Positions 49,008-57,779 of a stretch of 64,000 nucleotides of DNA are shown piece by piece. Source of the stretch: an uncultured delta proteobacterium. GTDB lineage: Bacteria > Myxococcota > Myxococcia > Myxococcales > Anaeromyxobacteraceae. A program made the position numbers and the translations under genes. The stretch is taken from contig CAWHDZ010000017.1 of the NCBI GenBank assembly GCA_963828255.1, positions 96,001-160,000 of the forward strand. The letters run 5' to 3'. The notes below the pieces were generated by a model. It saw nothing but the letters and a program-made list of their open reading frames with translations. It had not been told where the DNA came from and did not search any database. Each line of letters starts with the position of its first letter. Position 1 is the first letter of the stretch.

Positions 49008-49263
49008 GAGTCGGAGTCGGAGTCGGAGTCGGAGTCGGAGTCGGAGTCGGAGTCGGAGTCGGAGTCGGAGTCGGAGTCGGAGTCGGAGTCGGAGTCGGAG
49101 TCGGAGTCGGAGTCGGAGTCGGAGTCGGAGTCGGAGTCGGAGTCGGAGTCGGAGTCGGAGTCGGAGTCGGAGTCGGAGTCGGAGTCGGAGTCGGAGTCGG
49201 AGTCGGAGTCGGAGTCGGAGTCGGAGTCGGAGTCGGAGTCGGAGTCGGAGTCGGAGTCGGAGT
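49008..49263. repeat. Perfect hexanucleotide tandem repeat (GAGTCG)x42 plus GAGT
   Basis: Counted directly: 42 identical units from 49008 to 49259, then a partial unit; no mismatches. Confidence 0.98.
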
Positions 49264-49271
49264 TCGTGTTC

Positions 49272-49405
49272 CGGCTCCCTTTCGGGTGGGGCCTGCCTGG
49301 AGGCGCACGCCCCGCGCCAGCCCGCGGTCCTTCGCGTGTGGATCCCGCGTCGGGCTGTCACGGCGCCTGCGCCGGATGGGGCAAACCCCACCCGCAAAGG
49401 AGCCG
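49272..49405 (+). ncRNA. Candidate structured 5' leader (cis-regulatory RNA) of the four-helix-bundle gene
   Basis: Arms 49272-49291 and 49386-49405 are complementary at 18/20 positions; nested inner stems; an alternative hairpin at 49373-49394. Pairings found by eye. Confidence 0.55.
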
Positions 49406-49408
49406 CAG

Positions 49409-49732
49409 ATGGCCTTCATCGCATTCGAAACCTCGCTCGAGCTCATCCGGTCGCTGGACCAGCCTCTCGCCATCCTCGACCGGCGCGACACGGACCTCGC
49501 CAGGCAGCTGAGGCGCGCAGCGGCCTCGGTCTCCCTGAACCTCAGCGAAGGCAATCGGCGCAACGGCAAGGACCGCATCCACCTGTGGCGGGTGGCTGCC
49601 GGAAGCGCGGACGAGGTCGCCGCTGGCCTGCGCGTCGCGGAGGCCTTCGGCTACCTGCAGGCCACCGCCATCGCGAAGTCCCTCGCGCTCACCGACCGCC
49701 TGCTGGCGATCATCTGGCGCCTGACGCATTGA
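49409..49732 (+). CDS. Four-helix-bundle protein (23S rRNA IVP / TIGR02436 / Avd-like family)
   Basis: AAAGGAG RBS; 107 aa with the family signature [17 protein letters not shown] and A.GSADE. Confidence 0.88.
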   Translation: MAFIAFETSLELIRSLDQPLAILDRRDTDLARQLRRAAASVSLNLSEGNRRNGKDRIHLWRVAAGSADEVAAGLRVAEAFGYLQATAIAKSLALTDRLLAIIWRLTH

Positions 49733-49783
49733 CGACGCAGGAGATGCGCTCGCATCGCCCACGGACCACGGTCACGGCCCGCC

Positions 49784-52700
49784 CTACGCCGCCGCCGACC
49801 TGCTGCTCCCGGAAAGCCTCACCGACACCAGCTTCGACACCCCCGGCTCCTCCATCGTCACCCCGTACAGCGTGTCCACCGTCTCCATGGTCCGCTTGTT
49901 GTGGGTGATGAGGATGAACTGCGAGGCCTTCGCCATCTCCTTCACCAGCTCGTTGTACCGGCCGACGTTCGCATCGTCGAGCGGCGCGTCCACCTCGTCG
50001 AGCAGGCAGAACGGCGACGGCTTGATGAGGTAGATCGCGAAGATGAGGCTCACGGCCGTGAGCGCCTTCTCCCCGCCCGACAGCAGATTGATGTTCTGCA
50101 GCTTCTTCCCCGGTGGCTGGGCGAAGATCTCCACTCCCCCCTGCTGGTCGTCCCCGTCCTCGGTGAGCACGAGCCCGGCCCGCCCGCCGTTGAACAGCCG
50201 CGGGAAGACCTGCTGGAACTTCTCGTTCACCCGGTCGAAGGTCTCGCGGAACCGCTCGCGCGAGGCCCGGTTGATCTTCCCGATGGCCTTGTGCAGGTCG
50301 GAGAGGGACGACTCGAGGTCGCCCTTCTGCTCGGACAGGAAGGCGTGCCGCCGGGCCAGGTCGTCGTACTCCTCGATGGCGGTGAGGTTGATGGCTCCCA
50401 TCCGGTCGGCCTGCGACTTGAGATCATCCAGCCGCCGCCGCTCGGCCTCGCCGGGTGGGCGCTCGGCGTGGAAGCGGAGCAGCTCGTCCCGCAGCTCGGC
50501 CTGGCAGCGCTCGCGGATCTGCTCCTCGAGGTGGCTGAGCTCGAGCGCCTGCTCGCGCGCCGTGAGCGCGGCGTCGCCGGCAGCCTGGGTGATGGCCTCG
50601 GCCCGCTTGCGCAGCTCGCGGGCCTCCGCGTCGGCGGCGCGGGCCTTGGCGACGGCGTCCTGGTGGGCGGAGCGCTCGGCGAGCAGCACCTCCTGGACCC
50701 GGAGCAGCTCCTCCGCCAGCCGGGCGCCGTCTCCTCGGGCTCCCTCCATGCGGTCCCGGAGGTCGGAGGCGCGGGCATTGCCCTCGGAAAGGGCCCCGTA
50801 GAGCCGCTCGCGCCGCTCCTCGGCCGCGACCTGCGCCTCCTCGACGCGGCGGAGCGACTCGCCGATCCCGTCGCGCCGCTCCCGCTCGGAGGCCACCTTG
50901 ACCTTCACGGCCAGGACCTCGGCCTGCAACGACTCGGCGCGCCGGCTCAGGTCGTCGAGCCGCCCGGAAGCCTCGCGGGCCCGCTCCTCGTGGCGTGACC
51001 GGTCGGCCTCGGCCGTGGCGGCCCCGACCTGGTGCGACTCCTCCTCGCGGGAGAGCCCGGACAGCGCGTCCTCCATGGAGCCACGCTCGACCTCGAGCTG
51101 GGCGACGCGACCGGAGACCCGCTCGAGCTCCTCGCCGAGCCGGGCCAGGTCCTTCTCCTGGGTGAGGAGCGCCAGGTCCTTCTCCCGGTTGTCCCGGTCG
51201 ATGGTCTTGAGCGCCGACTCGAGCTGGAGGAGGCGCGACTGCAGCGCGCGGTGGCGCTCCTGGGCCATCGAGAAGTCGGCCTCGAAGGACCTCACCGTGT
51301 CGATGAGCTCCTGCACCTCGCGCCTTCGCTGCAGGGCGCCGTGCCCCTCGCCCTCGAGCGGGCCTCCCGTCACCACGCCGTGCGGGTCGAGGACCTCCCC
51401 GTCCAGGGTGACGAGCGTCCCCGCGCCGCCGCCCGACTGCCAGATCTCGAGCGCGCTCGAGAGGTCGCGGACGATGGCGGCGTCGCCGAGGAGGAAGCGG
51501 GCCAGCCGCTCGTAGGCCGGGTCGAACCGGACCACGTCGAGGCAGCCGGCGACGAAGCCGGGGTGGGAGCGGTCGGGGGTGGCTGCTGCAGCCTCGCCGT
51601 CCCGGAGGCGCAGGAGCGGGATGAGCGAGGCGCGCCCCTCGGCGGCGCTCTTCAGCCAGTCGATGGCCTCGACCCCCTGGCTGTGGCTCTCCACGATGAC
51701 GAACTGGAGCCGCTCGCCGAGCACCGCCTCCACGGCGTTCTCGTACTCGGCGGGGACGGTCATGACGTCGGCGACGAGCCCCATGACGCCGTTCTCGGCC
51801 CCCTCGGCTGCCCTGGCCCGGGTCATCAGGCTGCGCACCCCGCGGCCGTATCCCTCGTAGTTGCGCATCACCTCCTGCAGCGACTGCAGGCGGGCGCGCC
51901 GGTCGGAGAGCTCCTCGCGCAGGGTGATGAGCCGCGCCTCGTTCTGGATGAACTCGGAGCGGGTGCGGTCGAGCAGCCCTTCCTGCGCGCCGCGCTGCTC
52001 CTCGAGGTGGAGCTTCAGCTGCCGGGTCTTGCCCAGATTCTCCACGTGGGCCGAGCGGGAGCCGTCGAGCGACGTGCCGCGCGCGGCCAGCTCGTCGATC
52101 TCGGCGCGGAGGCGGGCCAGCCGGGCCTGGAGGTCGGCGCGCTGCCGCTCCACCTGCGCGAGCGCGCTGCGCCGGGCCGCGGCACGGCCGTGGGCCTCCC
52201 CGGCCTGGGACCGGGCCGTCTCGGCCTGGCCGGCCAGCCCGGCCTGCTCCGTCGCCACCTCGCGCAGGGCCGACTCCAGCTCCGCCAGGCGGGCCTCGTC
52301 GGTCCCCGAGAGGCTGGCCAGCTCGTCGCGCTGCCGCAGGAGCGCGTCCCGCTCGGCCGCGAGCGCGTCCGCCTGGACCTTGAGCCCCTCGACCTCGGAG
52401 GCCTGCCCACGGGAGCGCTCGGCGATCTGGTCGAGCTCGCGCCCGGCGGCCTCGGTGGAGACGGCCGAGACCCGCTCCTGGCTCTCCAGCTCGTGCTCCC
52501 GGTCGGAGAGCTGCTGCAGGGTGAGCTCGCGCTCGGCCAGCAGCGTCCGGTCGGCCTCCAGGGCCAGGTCGATCTGGGCCAGACGCGCCGAGATCTCCGC
52601 CTCGTCGCCGCGGGCCGCCGCGTGGCGCTCCTCGGCCTCCCGGCGCCCCACCGTCAGCTCCAGCCAGCGGGTGGCGCCCACGTGCAGCTCGAGCTCGCGG

Positions 52701-53377
52701 ATCTCCGCCTTCAGCGCCCGGTACTTCTCGGCCTTGCGGGCCTGCCGGTTGAGCGAGTCGAGCTGCTTGCCCAGCTCGGAGACGATGTCGGTGACCCGCT
52801 CCAGGTTGTGGCGGGTGGCCTCCATCTTCCGCTCGGCGGCCTCGCGCCGCCGCTGGTACTTGGTGATCCCGGCCGCCTCCTCGATCACGCCGCGCCGGTC
52901 CTGGGCGCGGGCCGAGACGATCTGGCCGATGCGCCCCTGCTCGATGATCGAGTAGGCGGTGCGGCCGACGCCGGAGCCGAAGAAGATGTCGTTCACGTCG
53001 AGCAGGCGCGCCGGGGCCCGGTTGACGAGGTAGTCGGACTCGCCGGTGCGGTACAGCCTGCGGCCCACGGTGATCTCGGAGAGGGCGCGGAAGGCCGGAG
53101 GGAGCTCGGCCGGGCGGTCGTTCTCGAAGGTGAGGGTGACCTCGGCGAAGGAGAGCGGGGGCTTCGACTCCGACCCGTTGAAGATCACGTCCTCCATGGA
53201 GCGGCCGCGGAGGCGCAGCGCCGACTGCTCGCCGAGGACCCAGCGGATGGCGTCGGCGACGTTGGACTTGCCGCAGCCGTTCGGCCCGACGACGCCGGTC
53301 ACGCCTTCGTCGAAGACGACGACCGTCCGGTCCATGAACGACTTGAAGCCCACCATCTCCAGACGACGGATCCGCAT
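49784..53377 (-). CDS. smc: Chromosome segregation protein SMC
   Basis: GFKSF, GPNGCGKSN, hinge TLDGEV..GVVTGG, LSGGEKALTA, LDEVDAPLD; 1197 aa. Confidence 0.97.
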   Translation of the reverse strand: MRIRRLEMVGFKSFMDRTVVVFDEGVTGVVGPNGCGKSNVADAIRWVLGEQSALRLRGRSMEDVIFNGSESKPPLSFAEVTLTFENDRPAELPPAFRALSEITVGRRLYRTGESDYLVNRAPARLLDVNDIFFGSGVGRTAYSIIEQGRIGQIVSARAQDRRGVIEEAAGITKYQRRREAAERKMEATRHNLERVTDIVSELGKQLDSLNRQARKAEKYRALKAEIRELELHVGATRWLELTVGRREAEERHAAARGDEAEISARLAQIDLALEADRTLLAERELTLQQLSDREHELESQERVSAVSTEAAGRELDQIAERSRGQASEVEGLKVQADALAAERDALLRQRDELASLSGTDEARLAELESALREVATEQAGLAGQAETARSQAGEAHGRAAARRSALAQVERQRADLQARLARLRAEIDELAARGTSLDGSRSAHVENLGKTRQLKLHLEEQRGAQEGLLDRTRSEFIQNEARLITLREELSDRRARLQSLQEVMRNYEGYGRGVRSLMTRARAAEGAENGVMGLVADVMTVPAEYENAVEAVLGERLQFVIVESHSQGVEAIDWLKSAAEGRASLIPLLRLRDGEAAAATPDRSHPGFVAGCLDVVRFDPAYERLARFLLGDAAIVRDLSSALEIWQSGGGAGTLVTLDGEVLDPHGVVTGGPLEGEGHGALQRRREVQELIDTVRSFEADFSMAQERHRALQSRLLQLESALKTIDRDNREKDLALLTQEKDLARLGEELERVSGRVAQLEVERGSMEDALSGLSREEESHQVGAATAEADRSRHEERAREASGRLDDLSRRAESLQAEVLAVKVKVASERERRDGIGESLRRVEEAQVAAEERRERLYGALSEGNARASDLRDRMEGARGDGARLAEELLRVQEVLLAERSAHQDAVAKARAADAEARELRKRAEAITQAAGDAALTAREQALELSHLEEQIRERCQAELRDELLRFHAERPPGEAERRRLDDLKSQADRMGAINLTAIEEYDDLARRHAFLSEQKGDLESSLSDLHKAIGKINRASRERFRETFDRVNEKFQQVFPRLFNGGRAGLVLTEDGDDQQGGVEIFAQPPGKKLQNINLLSGGEKALTAVSLIFAIYLIKPSPFCLLDEVDAPLDDANVGRYNELVKEMAKASQFILITHNKRTMETVDTLYGVTMEEPGVSKLVSVRLSGSSRSAAA

Positions 53378-53383
53378 CTGGCC

Positions 53384-53412
53384 GGGATAGCACGCCCCCA
53401 GGGACCTTTCAA
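53384..53412 (-). promoter_or_regulatory. Promoter for a probably leaderless smc transcript
   Basis: TTGAAA-N17-(TGC)TATCCC, then 6 nt, then ATG; no SD. Confidence 0.5.
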
Positions 53413-53433
53413 TACGTGACACTACATGCAGGG

Positions 53434-54381
53434 TCAGTAGGCGGCGGGGCGCGCCATGGGCTTCCCGATCGTCCCGTAGATCTGGAATCCATAGCCGCCG
53501 TCCTTCCCCTTGGCGGACGCCAGCCCGGCCTCGACGAGAGGCTTCAGCGGGGCGGCCTGCTCGTTCCGCCAGAAGCTCTCGGTGGGGCGAAGCCGGGCCC
53601 GGCCGGAGATCGCCGAGTGCTCGAAGCGCGGCTGGAGCTGGACGAACACCTGCTCGGCGGAGAAGTCGACGTCGTCCCCCTTCGACTCGAGCGTCCCGAA
53701 CTCGGCCCGCCCGCCCTTCACCGTGCCCCGCGCCGCCATGGAGCCGAGCTTCACCGGCGGTGCGGTGAGCCCCCCGTCCATGCCCGGCACCGGGATCTTT
53801 CCTCCCCGGATGGCCCCGTCCTTCACCTGGAAGTCGATGTCGCCGGTGCTCTTCGAGGGGTCCTTCGGGTCGAGGGTCACGTCGAGGCTGCCGGAGAGGA
53901 TCCCGGCCAGGTCGAGACCGGTGGCGGCCCGGATCACGCCGGCCCGCGAGAGGTCGATGCCGGTGACCCGGGCCTGGTAGCGCTCGGCCGTCTTGCTCAC
54001 CTCGGTGAAGCCGACCACGCGCCCGTCGAAGATGGAGGCGTCGAAGGAGAAGGAGCGGCGCCCCAGCATCGTCGGCCAGAGGCGCAGCCCCACGCTCAGC
54101 TGGTCGAACGGGATGCGGGTCCCGTCGGCGGTGGTCACGGTGACCTCGCGCGCCCGGACTCCCACCAGGCCGGATGGCGAGAGGTCGTTCACCTTCACCT
54201 GGTAGCCCCTGGCGGCCGCGTCCAGGATGAACCGCTCCCGCACCGCCTCGACGGGGAAGGTGAAGCGCAGCGCCAGCACGAAGGCGAACGCGAAGAAGGC
54301 CGAGTAGGCCGCCGTCCGCCGCCACCCGGTGAGCTTCCACTTCCGGGGATCGACGTTCCAGGTACGCGGGTCGAGATTCAC
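53434..54381 (-). CDS. gspN: Type II secretion protein GspN (deltaproteobacterial type)
   Basis: N-terminal TM followed by TFP; beta-rich body; last gene of the gsp operon. Confidence 0.75.
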   Translation of the reverse strand: MNLDPRTWNVDPRKWKLTGWRRTAAYSAFFAFAFVLALRFTFPVEAVRERFILDAAARGYQVKVNDLSPSGLVGVRAREVTVTTADGTRIPFDQLSVGLRLWPTMLGRRSFSFDASIFDGRVVGFTEVSKTAERYQARVTGIDLSRAGVIRAATGLDLAGILSGSLDVTLDPKDPSKSTGDIDFQVKDGAIRGGKIPVPGMDGGLTAPPVKLGSMAARGTVKGGRAEFGTLESKGDDVDFSAEQVFVQLQPRFEHSAISGRARLRPTESFWRNEQAAPLKPLVEAGLASAKGKDGGYGFQIYGTIGKPMARPAAY

Positions 54382-54390
54382 GTCGTCCTC

Positions 54391-54945
54391 CTAGGTCTTC
54401 AGCTGCCAGGTCGAGACTTGAAGGGTGACGTCCACGAGCTTGGGGTCGTCGTTCCGGGTGGCGACCCGGATCTTCCGGACCCTGACCACGCCGGGGCCGC
54501 GCTCCAGCGTGTCGATGAGCCTGGCCAGGCGGGGGAGGTCGATGCGCGCCAGGTTCACCTCCACGTTCTCCTCGGTCAGGCCGTCGGTGGTGCTGGGCGT
54601 CCCGGGGCGGAGGTCGTTCACCTCCACGCCGCTCTGGGCCCCGGTCTGCGACACGAAGCTCATGAGCTGGACCGGCGGTCCCTTGAGCCGGGCCTCCAGC
54701 GACTGCCGCTCGGCCTGGGCCTGCCGGTAGCCGCGGGTGAGCTTTCCGATCTGGGCCAGCATCTCGGTCTTCGACTCGATGCGCTTCTCGCGTGCGGTGA
54801 TGGATCGGGAGACGCCGGTGGTGACCAGGAAGAGGACGAAGAGGGCCACGGCGGCCGCCGCCGCCGACACCAGCACCCGCTCGCGCGGGGAGAGGCGGGC
54901 CAGGAAGGCTTCCAGGCTGGCCCGGAGCCGGTTCAGGGTTTCCAT
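54391..54945 (-). CDS. gspM: Type II secretion protein GspM
   Basis: LSPRERVLV followed by TM, coiled coil and ferredoxin-like C-terminus; follows gspL. Confidence 0.85.
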   Translation of the reverse strand: METLNRLRASLEAFLARLSPRERVLVSAAAAAVALFVLFLVTTGVSRSITAREKRIESKTEMLAQIGKLTRGYRQAQAERQSLEARLKGPPVQLMSFVSQTGAQSGVEVNDLRPGTPSTTDGLTEENVEVNLARIDLPRLARLIDTLERGPGVVRVRKIRVATRNDDPKLVDVTLQVSTWQLKT

Positions 54946-54947
54946 GA

Positions 54948-56525
54948 TCAGCCCTTCCCACCGGGCGCCGGGGCGCCCTCGCAGGTGATGTCGGCGTCCA
55001 CCGTGAACTCGAACTTCTGCTCGGTGCCCCGCTTGCGCGCCCCGCCCGATCGGGCGTCGCCGAAGCAGCGGGACCCGCGCAGGGCGGCCACGATCTTGTC
55101 CACGTTCTCGGCGACGTCGGTGGTCCCCTGGAGGTGCAGCTTCTCCCGGGTGATCTCGATCCGGTCGAAGCGGAGCTGGACCTCGGGCGAGCGGGCCGCC
55201 AGCTCGGCCAGCACGCCGGCCGCCGAGATCCGGGGGATGGACGCGCCCACCGTTCCCCGGCCGCGCAGGACCGACTCCGCCATGGCGAAGTCGTCGAAGC
55301 ACTTGCCCACCACCTTCTGGGTCACCTCGCACATCGACCTGTCGAGGAGCTTCTCCTGCCGGTTGAGCGCCACCACCTTGACCACCGAGGAGACCACGGC
55401 GAGGAGGAGGACCAGCGACGTGTAGACCGCCACCCGCTGCAGCCGGTCGCGGACGTCCTGGGTGGAGCGGGTGCTGGCCAGGTCGCCCCGGCGCAGGTTG
55501 AGCCTCTGGAACCGCGGCCCCAGCCAGCCACGCAGCGCCAGCGCGAGCGGGAGCGCGAAGCGGGGCGCGTCCTCGGCCGGGATGGCGTCGGCGGCCGTCC
55601 CGGCGAGGCGCAGCGGCTCGGTGGGGATCCCCAGCTCCTCGCCCACCACGGAGGCGAGTCCAGGCCAGGTGGCGGCGCCGCCGGCGAGGCGCACGCGGAC
55701 CACCGGCCGGCGCGACGGGCGGGCCTCGAAGGCGTGCAGGGTGGCCCTGAGCTCGCGGACCAGCGGACCGAGCGCGCCCCGCAGCACCGCTTCCCCTTCC
55801 GGCCCGGCCAGCCAGGCCGGGAGCCCGTCGTCGAGCACCACCTCGTCGGGGTTCCGGCCGGAGGAGCGGGCGGCGGCGCGCAGCAGCGTCGAGCCGCCCG
55901 ACGCGAAGGTTCGCGCGAAGAGGCAGCGCCCCTCCGACACGACGCAGGCGTGGGTCCGGTCGGCTCCCACGTCCACCGCGAGCTCGGCCTCGCCGGCCGC
56001 GGCCGGGTCGGCCACGGCGCCTGCCGCCCAGAGGGCCGCCAGGACGGGTCCTCCGGGGGTCACCACCGCCGGGTCCATGCCCACGCGGGCCAGGTCGGCG
56101 ATGCAGGCCGTGAGCTCCCCCCGGCGGACCACGCCGACGAAGAGGTCGGAGTGGTCGGGCTGGGACTCCAGCACCTGCCAGTCCCAGGCGACCTGGTCGA
56201 GGTCGAAGGGGATGGCGGCCTCCACCTCGTAGAGCACGGTCTGCTCGATGCGGCGGGAGTCGGTGAAGGGGAGGGTGACGAGGTGGGAGGCGGCCGCGCC
56301 CGGCAGGGAGGCCACCGCGGCGACGTCCGGAGGCCAGCCGCGCTCCGCCAGCAAGGCGGCCACGGCGCCGGACATGCGCTCCCCTCCCGGCGGGCCGCCC
56401 TCCTCCGCGGGTGGGATGGGCGTCTCCGCCCTCCCGTTCACGGTGAAGCCGCGCAGCGTGGTCTCGAGCAGCACCGCCTTGACGCGCCGCGATCCGAGGT
56501 CGAGTCCGAGAATGGGATGGGACAT
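54948..56525 (-). CDS. gspL: Type II secretion protein GspL (PilM/PilN-like fusion)
   Basis: GLDLGSRRVK actin-like domain, LNLRRG motif, TM and periplasmic domain. Confidence 0.85.
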   Translation of the reverse strand: MSHPILGLDLGSRRVKAVLLETTLRGFTVNGRAETPIPPAEEGGPPGGERMSGAVAALLAERGWPPDVAAVASLPGAAASHLVTLPFTDSRRIEQTVLYEVEAAIPFDLDQVAWDWQVLESQPDHSDLFVGVVRRGELTACIADLARVGMDPAVVTPGGPVLAALWAAGAVADPAAAGEAELAVDVGADRTHACVVSEGRCLFARTFASGGSTLLRAAARSSGRNPDEVVLDDGLPAWLAGPEGEAVLRGALGPLVRELRATLHAFEARPSRRPVVRVRLAGGAATWPGLASVVGEELGIPTEPLRLAGTAADAIPAEDAPRFALPLALALRGWLGPRFQRLNLRRGDLASTRSTQDVRDRLQRVAVYTSLVLLLAVVSSVVKVVALNRQEKLLDRSMCEVTQKVVGKCFDDFAMAESVLRGRGTVGASIPRISAAGVLAELAARSPEVQLRFDRIEITREKLHLQGTTDVAENVDKIVAALRGSRCFGDARSGGARKRGTEQKFEFTVDADITCEGAPAPGGKG

Positions 56526-56527
56526 GG

Positions 56528-57778
56528 TCAGTCCTCGCGCCAGTGGATGAGCCGCCCCAGGTCCGACTGGAGCTGCCCGGCGCGGTCGTCCATCGTGACC
56601 ACCGCGTCGATGGTCCTCTCCACTCCGCCGGCGCGGCCGGTGGCGCGGATGAGGAATGTGTTCGAGGTGTTGCCGAAGGGGCTGCGGGTGTCGGTGTTCT
56701 GCGCCTGGACGTAGACGGGCTGGAGCTTCAGGCCCAGGGCCTGGAGGACGGTGGCGAACTGCTGGACGGTGATGGTCATGAAGGGGAGCGGCCGGACCAG
56801 GCGCAGCGCCAGGGAGAGCTTCTGGGCGAAGGCGGGGTCGAGGAGCGGGGGCTGGGGCACGCCCGGGGGCGACGACATGAGCAGCGCGTTCACCAGGATC
56901 TGCTCCGGGTCGGTGGTGTTGACGTTGATGGTGGCGTTGACGTCCGGGTACACCGTCAGCTGATCCCCGAACGCGCCCATGAAGGCGTCGCCGATACCGG
57001 CCACCATGTGGAGCTCGTCGAGCGAGTCGAAGCGTGCGTTCTTGGCCCGGTAGCGATCCTCCCCGCGGTCGTAGTACTGGTTCTCGTCGCCGAAGCCCTT
57101 CTCGAAGGGGGCCAGCGGGTTGAGCCCCACGGTGCTGGTGGTGGCGTCCTCGTCGGCCCAGTCCCGGAGCGCCACGGCCACGTCCCTCCGGGAGAGCCGG
57201 TTGCCCAGGTCGTCCTCCTTGTCGAAGAGCACGTCGTAGCCCGGGTCGCGCAGGGCCAGCAGCAGGCGCTGCAGCTGGGGTCCGGCCACCGTGGAGAGGC
57301 CGGCCAGCTGCGCCACGTTCACCTTTCGCTCCTCGTCCTCGATGGTGGCCTGGAAGCCCTCGTCGGCCTTGCCCCGGGCGGTGGACGTCGGGCCGGTCCC
57401 GAGCAGGAGGGCCATGGTCGTGTCGTCCACGGGGATGGCGTCCCAGAGCCGGAAGGAGAAGGAGCCCTGGCTGGCCGCCGCCGGGAGCGCCCCGGCGCCG
57501 CCCTGGGCGGCCTGCACCCCGGCCATGACCTGCCCCGCCGCGCCACCGGCCTGGTCGAGCCGCTGCTGGAAGTGGAGCACCAGCCGGGAGAGGGCCACCG
57601 CCGCCCGGGCCTGGTGCGAGGCGCGCAGCTCGTCGCGGGCGTTGGCGGCGATCTGGAGCGACACGCGGGTGTCGTAGGCCAGCTCCGTCGCCATCACGGT
57701 GACGACGGCCACCACCATGAGGACCAGGAGGAGGGCGGCTCCGCGCTCGCGGCGCGCTCTGTGGGCGGGGGCGGTCAT
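56528..57778 (-). CDS. gspK: Type II secretion minor pseudopilin GspK
   Basis: RG|AALLLVL (no Glu5), DEERKVN, DWADED, FDSLDEL, INVNT. Confidence 0.9.
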   Translation of the reverse strand: MTAPAHRARRERGAALLLVLMVVAVVTVMATELAYDTRVSLQIAANARDELRASHQARAAVALSRLVLHFQQRLDQAGGAAGQVMAGVQAAQGGAGALPAAASQGSFSFRLWDAIPVDDTTMALLLGTGPTSTARGKADEGFQATIEDEERKVNVAQLAGLSTVAGPQLQRLLLALRDPGYDVLFDKEDDLGNRLSRRDVAVALRDWADEDATTSTVGLNPLAPFEKGFGDENQYYDRGEDRYRAKNARFDSLDELHMVAGIGDAFMGAFGDQLTVYPDVNATINVNTTDPEQILVNALLMSSPPGVPQPPLLDPAFAQKLSLALRLVRPLPFMTITVQQFATVLQALGLKLQPVYVQAQNTDTRSPFGNTSNTFLIRATGRAGGVERTIDAVVTMDDRAGQLQSDLGRLIHWRED

Positions 57779-57779
57779 C

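Noticed and set aside
49008..49263. CRISPR array
   Set aside because: Pure 6-nt tandem repeat with no spacers; no cas genes in the window.
49378..49405. c-di-GMP-I (GEMM) riboswitch suggested by GGGCAAACC...GCAAAG
   Set aside because: Lacks the GNRA-capped P2 followed by GGGACGCAAAGC and the P3 receptor stem; the start codon follows immediately. An Rfam scan would settle it.
47318..49732. 804-aa ORF, or a (GV)n-extended four-helix-bundle protein reading through the repeat; also the (ES)n, (RL)n and (TP)n ORFs
   Set aside because: Mostly the antisense shadow of ftsY; the repeat has no stops in any frame, so read-through is expected. The ATG at 49409 has a strong SD and gives a family-typical length.
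49409..49732. Complete diversity-generating retroelement or rRNA intervening sequence
   Set aside because: No reverse transcriptase, TR/VR pair or rRNA sequence in the window.
49784..54961. 1725-aa SMC with a long N-terminal extension
   Set aside because: The extension overlaps gspM/gspN out of frame; the canonical SMC start MRIRRLEMVGFKSF is at 53377.
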